A stretch of 57,950 nt of DNA, filler included, from Sphacelaria rigidula (taxonomy: Eukaryota), in assembly GCA_964200075.2 (NCBI GenBank). It is 6 parts of 6 records of this genome, joined end to end, with 100 filler letters (N's around TTAATTAATTAA, not from the genome) between each part and the next. Parts side by side here need not be neighbours in the genome. Positions count along the whole stretch, not along the records: positions 19,354 to 28,928 come from CAXNAA020008173.1; positions 29,029 to 38,602 come from CAXNAA020008174.1; positions 38,703 to 48,276 come from CAXNAA020008175.1; 3 more parts are not named here. One strand, written 5' to 3'. A program made the position numbers and the translations under genes. The notes below the pieces were generated by a model that worked only from the letters and a program-made list of their open reading frames with translations, did no database searches and had not been told where the DNA came from. This document shows, piece by piece, positions 27,492 through 44,700 of this stretch. Each line of letters opens with the position of its first letter. Position 1 is the first letter of the stretch.

Positions 27492-28838
27492 ATCCCTGTT
27501 CTTTCTTTCTTCCTTCCTTTCTTTCCAAAAAATATATCCAACCGGATATCAGATTCGCCAAATGGCGGTGTTCTGCCTACAGCTTTGCGTGCCCGAACTG
27601 TGGCTACTCCGAGGCGCAAAATTCCCCCGGTGCTTCGCCCCCAACGTGCCGAAGATCCAAGGCCTGCGCGACAAAATGGGGGTTGGAATAGGGTCATCAC
27701 CCCTTGCTGCTGCCTCGGCACCTGCTTCTTTGTCCAATCAGGTTGGCAGAGGCGGAAACCCGTTGACGACGGCATGCGTTGGTCGTAGCGCATCTGTAGG
27801 TTCTGTCGCAGCACTTAGCGGTCGGCACGGCTGCGGTGATGGCCACGGCGTCGGCGGTCGCTCAATTTTTTCGTTTTATTTTCTATAACTGTTTCCACGA
27901 TACACCCTCTGTTAACCCCCCCTCTCCCCCCAGTCTCTTCCCCTCCCCTTTCCTCTGCCCCGCTCTATTGCAAGTATTTTTTTGTTTTGCAAGTCGTTAT
28001 CTAGAAGTCAGAACTTGTCGGGTCCCGGAGCATTCGCACTACGACTCGTAAGTGACATACAGGATACGTGATGTATGTAGGTTACCTAGCCTGAGGTACC
28101 TTGCATTTTCAGGTTACTTGCAGTACCCGTTACTCTAGGGTACTCAGGGGAGTACTAACTGCAGAGATTACTCGACACTTTCATACGTCAGACGGCTCAT
28201 GAGCTACCCGAATATTACTTGTTACTAGTGCAATGATCCGAATCATGAGCTAGCTCCTTAGGCCCCGTTTCCCATATTTAGTCCCCACAGCGCTGGACGC
28301 CGAGCACGCGGGGTAAGTCAAGGGTTGCGATTTGGCTCCTTGGACCCTGCTGTCGCGTATTTTGTGTTCTCAGACAAAGGTTTTGTAAGTTCTCTTCGGT
28401 TGGATATTTTTGGTAGCTCATGAGCTGTCCGACGTCGTGTCCGACGTGTGAACATTTCAGGGTACCGAGGATTTCGACTGGCAAACGTCTCTCGTATCTC
28501 AAGGTACCCAGGGTGTCGGTTGCCCGGATACCCTTGTCATCCCGTAGTACCTAGGGTATCTGCACCTCAAAATATTTTTTGTTGTACCCTCACCGTTCCC
28601 TGAGTACCCGTAAAAACGTACCCCGCCGCTGCCGCTGCCGCTGCCGCCATCCCCTGTCGTTAACGTACCGCTTGTGCCGCTCGAAAATTAGGCTTCTCGG
28701 CGGGCGGGAGGCGTACCAACGGGTGGAGCTGCCGTCGGGGCTGAAGCATTACCGGGCGAGGGGGAAGTCAAAGCGAAGCGAAGTGATGCGGGTAGCGTTG
28801 AATCGGCGGCGGCTTTGAAGCGCCGGCGGGCGGAGGAG
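20239..28838 (+). CDS. Internal exons of an unidentified, probably alpha-helical (HEAT/ARM-like) protein; model incomplete
   Basis: Candidate AG/GT exons: ~20239(or 20249)-20485, 20672-20721, 20875-21030 (EEGLMLLPTVETAMLTEARVLDVFLTG...LACLLRLIR), 23826-23942 (PVATEGVADMC...HLRVLVSLMAVMD), 24426-24504, 25219-25374 (CMDILRVLAKGLLGLTPDILPLESLPQVRQSLLQLVRGWLQLF), 27553-27741 (IRQMAVFCLQLCVPELWLL), 28692-28838. Phases join from 23826 to 28838. At least one exon between 21030 and 23826 is unresolved. No family recognised. Confidence 0.55.
20794..20870. repeat. (TTTTA)n microsatellite directly upstream of a splice acceptor
   Basis: Directly visible; followed by ccag|gag at 20871-20877. Confidence 0.9.
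21836..22279 (+). mobile_element. SINE family A copy interrupted by a MITE and ending in (CA)n
   Basis: Head gccgc..ggtggtctaaa[MITE]aatgg...gattcgactccc. Body agtcgac...gcgggagtgctga and gagaccacggg...cccgaggaaggggagg match the other copies. Confidence 0.6.
21861..21978. mobile_element. 118-bp piggyBac-like MITE, copy 2, nested in a SINE head
   Basis: TGAA|CCC...GGG|TTAA; same length and sequence family as 5064-5181. Confidence 0.75.
22279..22345. repeat. (CA)n microsatellite
   Basis: Directly visible. Confidence 0.95.
23163..23385 (-). mobile_element. SINE family B, 5'-truncated copy
   Basis: Plus strand tcccatctattctgg.cgcc...ctttcggtatatgt.ggcg.atcagccggggtcaca is the reverse complement of the family B body. 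Confidence 0.7.
25580..25815 (+). mobile_element. SINE family A copy (diverged, 3' truncated)
   Basis: gccgcggtctggtggtctaaa head, B box gggttcgattccc, body gcgggagtgc...ccaatccgcga. Confidence 0.65.
25840..26139 (-). mobile_element. SINE family A copy, near full length
   Basis: Reverse complement matches 13377-13682 (plus strand shows gggaatcgaacc, accattacaccaccgg, atcaacccatctc, ttcgggatgagtc). Confidence 0.8.
26381..26609. mobile_element. hAT-like MITE, copy 1
   Basis: Imperfect ~26-bp TIRs (cacacgttggacagttcatgagctat / gtagcttgtgacctgtccgacgtgtg). The 8-bp flanks gagtgttg / aagtgtcg match at 6 of 8 positions. Interior is shared with 28182-28450. Confidence 0.6.
28182..28450. mobile_element. 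hAT-like MITE, copy 2
   Basis: Ends catacgtcagacggctcatgagctac ... gtagctcatgagctgtcc...gacgtgtg. Shares the internal gatccg.atcatgagctagctc..taggcccc..ttcccatattt block with copy 1. Flanks match at 5 of 8 positions. Confidence 0.55.
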
Positions 28839-29401
28839 GTAAGGGTGCCGTTGGTGACGTGTATCCCCCCCCCCCTCCCCTTCTCCACGCACTCACCCAC
28901 CCCGTGTGCTGCTGCTCATGCTGCTGCTNNNNNNNNNNNNNNNNNNNNNNNNNNNNNNNNNNNNNNNNNNNNTTAATTAATTAANNNNNNNNNNNNNNNN
29001 NNNNNNNNNNNNNNNNNNNNNNNNNNNNTGCATCAATCTGACCACCCCCCCCCCCCCCGGCAGAGGGGGCCCCGCCGGAGGTGCCGTGCTGGAGGCATGT
29101 TTTTACGCGATTTTTCTTCACTAGATCTAAAACATTCGTTAATATTGGGCCAATCTTCAATTGTAAAGCCAGTACCGGTGAATAATGGTCTGAAACAAAC
29201 CATTATCCAAAATTTCCGCATCACCTTCACCATTATTACCACGATCATGATAATGGCCAGTTATAGCTGGTACCATTTCCGAGCTCTAACTATTTTCGAA
29301 AGCGCACTTCGCTGTTCTTGTTGTGGCTTTCATTGTGACCTCTAGCATTTCTGGCTGCCGTGTGTGACAGTTTACGTATTGTGAGTGGTCTCGCTGCGTA
29401 A

Positions 29402-36780
<7,379 letters not shown>

Positions 36781-37596
36781 CTTTCGGGTAGTGAATTGTT
36801 CGATATCTTCTTCCCCTTGTGTATATGGGTACCACCCCTACCCCCACTTCCACCCCTTGTGTACAGGTTATGTGTAATTAATTTTTGTGAAATATGTAGC
36901 GGTCAAGTTTTCACGTGAGATTGTTCTTGTCGTAATCGCGAATGCATGAGAGAGGTTCGATCGGTCCCGTTTGCACTTGTACGTATGTTAGTTTTGATTA
37001 CGGCGTTCGGGTAGTGTTTTTGAGTCTGCGTTGCCCCCCTCCTCACCAGTATATTCGATATTCGAGTCGACTTCAGAGTGACGCTCGTCTGTTCGGTCGT
37101 TTTAGGCACTGTCGGGTTCCGAGGCCAGTCTAGTCGTGATGGCTTTTAAGTAATGCTCAAGTTGGCCAATAGCTGGAGCGTTGAGGTTGAAATAATAAAT
37201 ATCTAGGATGCGAGGACGTTGTATTCGCAGGCGGAGAAGAAAAATCACGTGTACAAAGTTGTGTACAAAATTGCGGATTGTCGAGACATCCGTGTTTGTA
37301 CAAATCTGAGGATTTTTGCTCATTTGAATCCGATTTTCTCCCGTGATATGATCTTTGGACTTTTTATCCGTTGGACAATGTTTTTCGCCTAGCCCGCCGG
37401 TCGCCGTCCGAGAATTACATGAGGTGAATTGAGAAACCTGATGCTTTGAAACCGACGTCACTACTCACGACGGCGGTCAGTGTTCTGTACAGGACGGGCA
37501 CAAGACACAACAACACAGCATGATACAACACAGCAGCATGATGAAAGTTCACAAAAGTTGGACGCACCCCTCATCACCGCGCCAGCAACACTTACG

Positions 37597-37805
37597 TCAC
37601 CACCACGGGGACGTATTTTCACCGGATGTATAAAAAGGTCTCAACAGCGTGCGATGATCTCTCTCTCCTTGTGGCACGCCTTTGTTGTCGGGCAATTGGG
37701 TGGTCACATGTTGGGTATAATTAACAAGGATTGCGTTGCGAGGGAAAGAAACCGCTTCGGGTGCGTCCACACGTTCGAAGAACTCTACACCGGCAACGGT
37801 GAGGT
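37597..37805 (-). CDS. Possible terminal exon of a gene convergent with POLR1A
   Basis: gtgcag acceptor followed by an open frame LTVAGVEFFERVDAPEAVSFPRNAILVNY...NTSPWW-stop. No homology recognised. Confidence 0.25.
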
Positions 37806-38702
37806 CTGCACGAAAGTGAGAACCGCAATGAGAACAAAGCGGAGCACAAGTTTACAGTCTCACCGCTTTCACCTGAAAGCAACATCAAACGGTTTGCAGC
37901 TTGGAAGAAGCAGGATTTCACTCGTGTCACACACATGTTCCCCCGCGAGCGTTGAGAGCGATCGCAAATTTTATGCCGACTCATTTGTATTCATGGTGGC
38001 GAAACAGGGAAGCAGGATTTCCTCAGACCGCTGGAGCGGCCACGCGAATATGGTAAAGAAATGTTTTTGTGAAATTGAGAATCTACGATACGATTGAGGT
38101 GAGGCTAGCGGCCGAATGTGCCTGCATCAACAAGGGACAAACGCTGACCTTGCACATTGATGCAAAATCCTGCCGGCAAACCCAACACGAGCTGGGCCAG
38201 CCTAGAGGCTGCACGAACGTTTGCAGTCGGATGTGCCGGCCAATATTTGGAGTGTGATGAAACCTGGGAACTGATTATTATTGCCCTTGACTCACGGGAA
38301 AAGGAAAAAACTCAATGAATCATCCTACGATAGGGGTGGGGGTATTTTGGGGCATTTGTTGCTCGAAATTTCGAGTCAGATCGTCGTTGAGAGCAGCAAC
38401 GGTCGAACAAGCGTGTTGTGTATCAAAAGCGCTCATCCAAACTGCCTGCCACCGTTTGGAATCGAATACAAGTGCAACGCATGTGTGGAAGGATGTCTGG
38501 CACACCTATGAGCCTCTTATTTCGTGCAACCAAATACCGCCGCGCCCCACCCCCTCCACCCCGATCCTCCCCGAAAGCAAGTAAATGTCATTGCCGCATT
38601 TGNNNNNNNNNNNNNNNNNNNNNNNNNNNNNNNNNNNNNNNNNNNNTTAATTAATTAANNNNNNNNNNNNNNNNNNNNNNNNNNNNNNNNNNNNNNNNNN
38701 NN

Positions 38703-41700
38703 CTGGTGATGTGTCGATGCCGGGGGTGTCGGCAGATGCGGATGTGTCGATGCCGTCGGGCGACGTAGATGTGAAGGCACCGGATGTGGATATCAAGACC
38801 GGAGACAGTTCTCTGACCGCGGGTCTGGCGGCAGCGGGTGCGGCGACTGTGGGCGCGATCGGCGTCGGGCTGGGCAGTCTGGCGGGCAAGGGCGACAAGC
38901 CTGAGGTGAGGATATGTGTGCTTTCCTTACCTGCATGGCCGGCAACGTTGTCGAAAATGGTTGGTGTTTCGTAGCAATAATTTGTTTTCTGTTTTGAACA
39001 GGGTTCATATAGTTGGATTCGGTGTTCGCGTTTTGAGATGAGGGGTCGTTGGTGCTTGAAATGCAGGATCTTGGGAACTACCGTCGTGTCCGACTGTTTT
39101 GGCGAAACGTGGTACTCACGGCCTTCGTTGTCTCCGACGGGTTCAAAATCCAAGCGTCTTTTCGGACCTTGAAGATTTTGTTGTCGTGTTTACAAGTGTG
39201 CCGTAGAAACCCTCAACAGTCTCACCGGCGTAAGTTGTCGTTGTAATCTGGTTCACGAGCCACCCCGTACAACGTTCGTATGTCCTTCAGGTGATATTTA
39301 GTTTGAAGGGCGGTCGAAGGAGTCACTTCGTCGCCGTTCTTGACGCTATGGAAAGTCGTGGCACGCTTGCAAACAGTCATCTCGTCTTGGTTGTCTCTCT
39401 TTCATTACCCGTAGCAGTGTCGCTGACGTCTAATCTTTTTTGGCATGATTATTGCTGCTGAAGCAGGTACACGATGCCGACATTTCGGTTGATTCGCCAT
39501 CGCTAGACGTGAAGAAGCCGAAGAGGAGCTTCGGCTTTGGCGGTATGTTCAAAAAGCCATCCATCAAAGCAGGTTTAAAGGTTAGTGCGTGATCATCTCT
39601 GCGTGGTTTCGCGTTCCGCGTTTGCTTGACACGTCGTATTGAAGATGATGGCGACTGCGTGCTCAAGCGGTACTGTTGAAAATCAACTGCAGTGGGTTAG
39701 GAGATGTCGGACACGCTTTGGTTTGTTGATCTCTTGCGTGTTCCCATGACTGGTTACGATACAGATGCCGGACACTGGTCCTGATATGAGCGGCGATGTG
39801 TCTGTACCTGAAGTCTCGGCGGATGCATCCCTACCGAGCTTGAGCGGCGATGCATCACTACCAGACGTTTCGGGAGATGCGAATCTGCCGGGTGTGGGCG
39901 CTGACGTCACTCTACCTTCGGGTGGTGTGGATGTAGACGTGCCTTCTTTGAGTGGTGGGGTAGATCCGCCGTCTGGCGACGTGTCCCTCCCGTCAGTTTC
40001 CGGCGATGCTTCTCTTCCATCTGGAAAGGTTTCCATGCCTGGCGTGTCGGCAGACACGGGTGTGCCGTCGGGTCCGGTGGATATTCCTGTGCCGGACGTG
40101 TCGGGGGATGTTTCTTTGCCGTCCGGCTCTTTAGATGTGACGGCACCGGATGTGGATATCAAGACGGAAGACAGTTCTCTGACCGCTGGTCTGACGGCAG
40201 CGGGAGCGGCGGCTGTAGGAGCCGTTGGCGTTGGGCTGGGTAGCCTTGCGGGCAAGGGGGACAAGCCTGAGGTAATGGTTTGTTATACTGCCTTTACCGG
40301 TGTCTCTGACTGTTCGGTTCCGGTGAAAATCTTCGCTGGCGTTATAATCAAGTGTCGTGTAAGAGTGAGTAATTATGCTCCCCGTACGGGTTGCGATGAT
40401 TCTTGGGCGTTTTTTTTCGCCAAACTCGTGCATTTGGCGTGGGGGTAGAAATTGTGTACTTATCGCGACTGACGTCTCGGGTTTATTCGCAGTCACCACG
40501 GCTCGGCACCGCAAGTATGACCGTTGCGAGATACGTCGACGCTGTTTCCTGGGGTAACCAGTCTATAGGATGTCTATTTGCGAGCTACGCCCTTCAAAGT
40601 ATGATGATTTTCCCACCCCGTTCGTCAATCATGGCTAGCTTCGAGGTCAGTATGGGCGCTTACACCGCAATGGCCAATCGAGCCGCGATCAAAGCAAGCG
40701 TGGCTCACTGCTGACTCTTACGTCGGTGCTAGCCGCAGCATCCTCCTTCACTTCGGCTACATTGATGTCCGTCGTTGCTGAAGCAGGCGCCTGATGCCAG
40801 CATTTCCGTCGAGACCCCATCGGTTGACGTGAAAAAGCCGAAGAAGGGCTTCGGCTTTGGAGGGATTTTCAAGAAGCCCTCCTTCAAGGCCGGCGTGAAG
40901 GTCAGCATATGGGTTATCTCCAAGCGGTTGTTTTCCATAGCGCTTTTACTCAGCACAAAAGTTTCAGATTGGTTGTGTGATGACAAACTCAACCCGAACA
41001 AGTAACAATGAACCATGCCGCATGATGAGTTGTTGGTGCCGCGCGGTGCTCACGTCCGCGCAATTTTGTTGATCTGCTCTTGGCACCGCCGCCCGGCTTG
41101 ACTCGACATGATACAGATGCCGGACGCCGATGAGACGGCTCCCGATGTGAGTGGCGACGTGTCTTTGCCGCAAGTCTCTGCAGATGCGGTCTTGCCGAGC
41201 GTGAGCGGAGATGTGCCTCTACCGGAAGTCTCGGGTGATGCTACGGTGCCGGGCGTGAGCGTTGATGCCACGCTGCCTTCTGGCGGCGTGGACGTGGACG
41301 TCCCCTCGATTACTGGTGGGGTAGACCTGCCGTCTGGCGACGTATCCCTCCCCTCTGTATCAGGTGACGTTTCTATCCCGTCTGGAGAGGTGTCGATGCC
41401 TGGCGTGTCGACAGATGTGGGTGCGCCTTCCGGTTCTATCGATTGTGCTGTGCCGGGTGTGTCCGGCGATGCGGCTTTGCCGGAATTGGCGGCGGATGTG
41501 TCGTTGCAGTCGGGCGGCGTGGAGGTGACTGCACCGGATGTAGACATCAAGGCGGAGGACGGTTCTTTGAGTGCGGGTCTGGCCGCAGCAGGAGCGGCGA
41601 CTTTGGGCGCGGTCGGCGCCGGGCTGGGTAGCCTGGCGGGCAAGGGCGACAAGCCTGAGGTGGGGATGCGCGTGTTGTCGGTGTTGTCTGATTCGCGCTG

Positions 41701-44700
41701 CTTAGTGTCATGAATCGGTAGGAGAGTATGCTTCTCCTTGTCACGCCTCCTGTCAAGTTGTTCGGGGGTGCTGAGAACCGGCACCAAAGTATGCTCACCG
41801 TGCTTGTTGTCCCATAAGTTTGTGTCTGTTTGTTTCAACTCCGTGCGTTTGGCGTAGACGGTTGAATTTTCATAAGCTCGACGTCCGGTGTCGCCTGGAC
41901 CTGGTGCCCCGTGCCCACGGTTGAACATGAGAAATGAACAAATGCAGCTGACTATTTCATGTGTTGTGGCGACCGTGCAATCGAAACTTGGAAACGATGT
42001 TCGCTGTTGCGTCATTTCGCAAGCTACTCAGACAAGACACCATGAATCTTATCGAGGTGTATCGAGCACAGGTGTTGGCGAGAGTCACTGTGTGGTCGCC
42101 CCGAGTGCTGACTGCTACCGGGCAGCGTTGGAGACAGCTCCTGAGTTGTACAATGGTCTCCTCAACTTTGGTTTGCTACTTTGTGTTCTGCTGCTGATCT
42201 AGGTGCCCGACGCCAGCATCTCCGTCGAGTCGCCATCGCTTGGCGTGAAGAAGCCGAAGAAAGGCTTAGGATTCGGTGGAATCTTCAAGAAGCCTACCAG
42301 CAAGGTTGACTTGAAGGTCAGTGTGTTGCTTGTCTCCGCATGACCATACTATCATACTGTGTGGAGTTGACACTATGGCGTTTGGTCCGTGATACTTTGG
42401 TCTACACGATGCTCACCCCTTGCTCTAGGGATTTACACGTCCAATACTGTAAGCCCTCTGCATGACTTGGCGGGCATGGCCGTGATATCCGTGGGTAACC
42501 TATTTCATCTCCTATGGACGCTGTGACTTGATACGGTACAGGTGCCGGACGCTGATGTGAGCGGCAATGTGTCTTTGCCGCAAGTCTCGGCGGATGCGTC
42601 CTTGCCGAGCATGAGCGGCGATGTGTCATTGCCAGATGCTTCGGGAGATGTGAACTTGCCGGGTGTGGGCGCTGATATCACTCTTCCTTCGGGCGATGTG
42701 GATGTAGACGTCCCGTCAGTCACGGGCGAGGTGGATCTGCCGTCTGGCGACGTGCCCCTCCCCTCGGTATCGGGCGACGTTTCTCCTCCATCTGGAGAAG
42801 TTTCTATGCCGGGTGTGTCGGCAGATGTTGATGTGCCAGCCATGGCGACAGATGTGTCTTTGCCGTCGGGCTCTGTAGATGTGACGGCACCGGATGTTGA
42901 TCTCAAGGCGGAGGACAGTTCTTTGACTGCGGGTCTGGCTGCAGCCGGAGCGGCAGCGGTCGGCGCGGTCGGGGTCGGACTTGGCAGCCTGGGAGGCAAG
43001 GTTGACAAGCCTGAGGTGGGGATGTGATTGCGTGTAAACTTGGTGGGCCCCATGCAGTGAGAGTCAGAGGGCCGCTTTGCTGATGTGTATAACACGGCGT
43101 GATGAACGTGAGCAGTATCTGTTTGCCGTGCTTGTTGTCCGGGCTGTCCTTGCCGTCCCATCAACAGTGTTTCTGTGAAATCCTGTGTGTTCGGCGTGTG
43201 CGAGCAAACATAAGTACTCGTGGTGACCGTTTCTCTCTCGCCTTGACCTCAACTCAACATATCCCGGCACCGGACACATTTTAACGGTAGCGTTGTAAGA
43301 CCTTTGAACCCTGGCACTGGCGTAGCCCGTTCGCACTAAATGACATGTGAGGCTCCAAACAAGGTAAGACCACCCCTTTCGAGCGTGATAGACTCGGGTG
43401 TTTCAAAGAGTCAAAATACAAAATGGCCACCCGAGTTCTGGAGACAACCAGGTAATGCTGCGAACAGCGTTGCCGGCTGATGGGGCGTATATGAGTTTTA
43501 CCCGGATCTCCCTCATCGATTCGGCTGCTACTGTGTCTGTATGTTGCTGCCGAAGTAGGTGCCCGATGCCAGCATCTCCGTTGAGTCGCCGTCGCTAGGT
43601 GTGAAGAAGCCCAAGAAAGGCTTCGGGTTCGGCGGGATGTTTAAGAAGCCTTCTGTCAAGGCTGGGTTGAAGGTCAGTGTGTAGCTCGTCTCCGCGCGAC
43701 TATTTTACACATGGCGTGGACTCCACACCATGGTGCTTCATGTCTCGTGAAATTGTGTACACAATCATAACAGGTTGATATTAACTGTTGGGCACAAAAC
43801 CGCGGAAGGTGCGCTTGGCTCGCGTACATGCATTTTGCCTTGTTGACCCGTTCCGTTCCCGTTGACCCTCACGAATTGATGCGGTACAGATGCCGGACGC
43901 TGATGTGTCAGGTCCCGATTTGAGTGGCGACGTGTCATTGCCAGATGTTTCGGGAGATGCAACCCTACCCGGCGTGAGCGCTGATGTTGAACTACCTTCG
44001 GGCGGTGTGGATGTAGACGTCCCTTCCATGTCTGGGAATGTGGATCTGCCGTCGGGTGATGTCTCTCTTCCATCTGGAGAGGTGGACGTTGCTGTGCCGG
44101 GTGTGTCGGCAGATGCGGATGTGTCGTTGCCGTCCGCCGACGTAGAGGTGAAGGCACCGGGCGTGGACATCAACACCGAGGGCAGTTCTCTGGCCGTGGG
44201 CCTGGCCGCAGCGGGTGCTGCAACTGTCGGCGCGGTAGGAGTCGGGCTGGGCAGCATGGCGGGCGAGGGCGACAAGCCTGAGGTGGGGATGTGTGGTGTG
44301 GTCTCTACAGGTTGTTAGTGCTGCTCATCAAGTGCGAGGCCTCTCATCAGAGTGTGACCGAGATTTCACGTAACCGTAGCAGATTGCGCTCGTCGTGGAT
44401 ATTGTCTACGTTGTCGTTCCTGTATCACGCCCAGTGACTCACGAAACGACTGTACGGGTGACCTCGCGTGCGGGTTGACTTTTGGACAAGAAGATTTTAT
44501 CTAGCGGGCGACTGGGTTGTACATATCGTGGCAGGTAAGGCGAGAATGGGTGCTTGGCATTGTTCTCATTCGCGAACTGAACAATGGAGGTTTATTGAAT
44601 GACGGTGTGTCGGACATGAAAAGAGCTTGTAGTTACGTTCGAGCCGCCCCCAATGGTGAAGGCAGCGTTGCGAACAAACTTGAAGCGGTACTGAGTTGTA

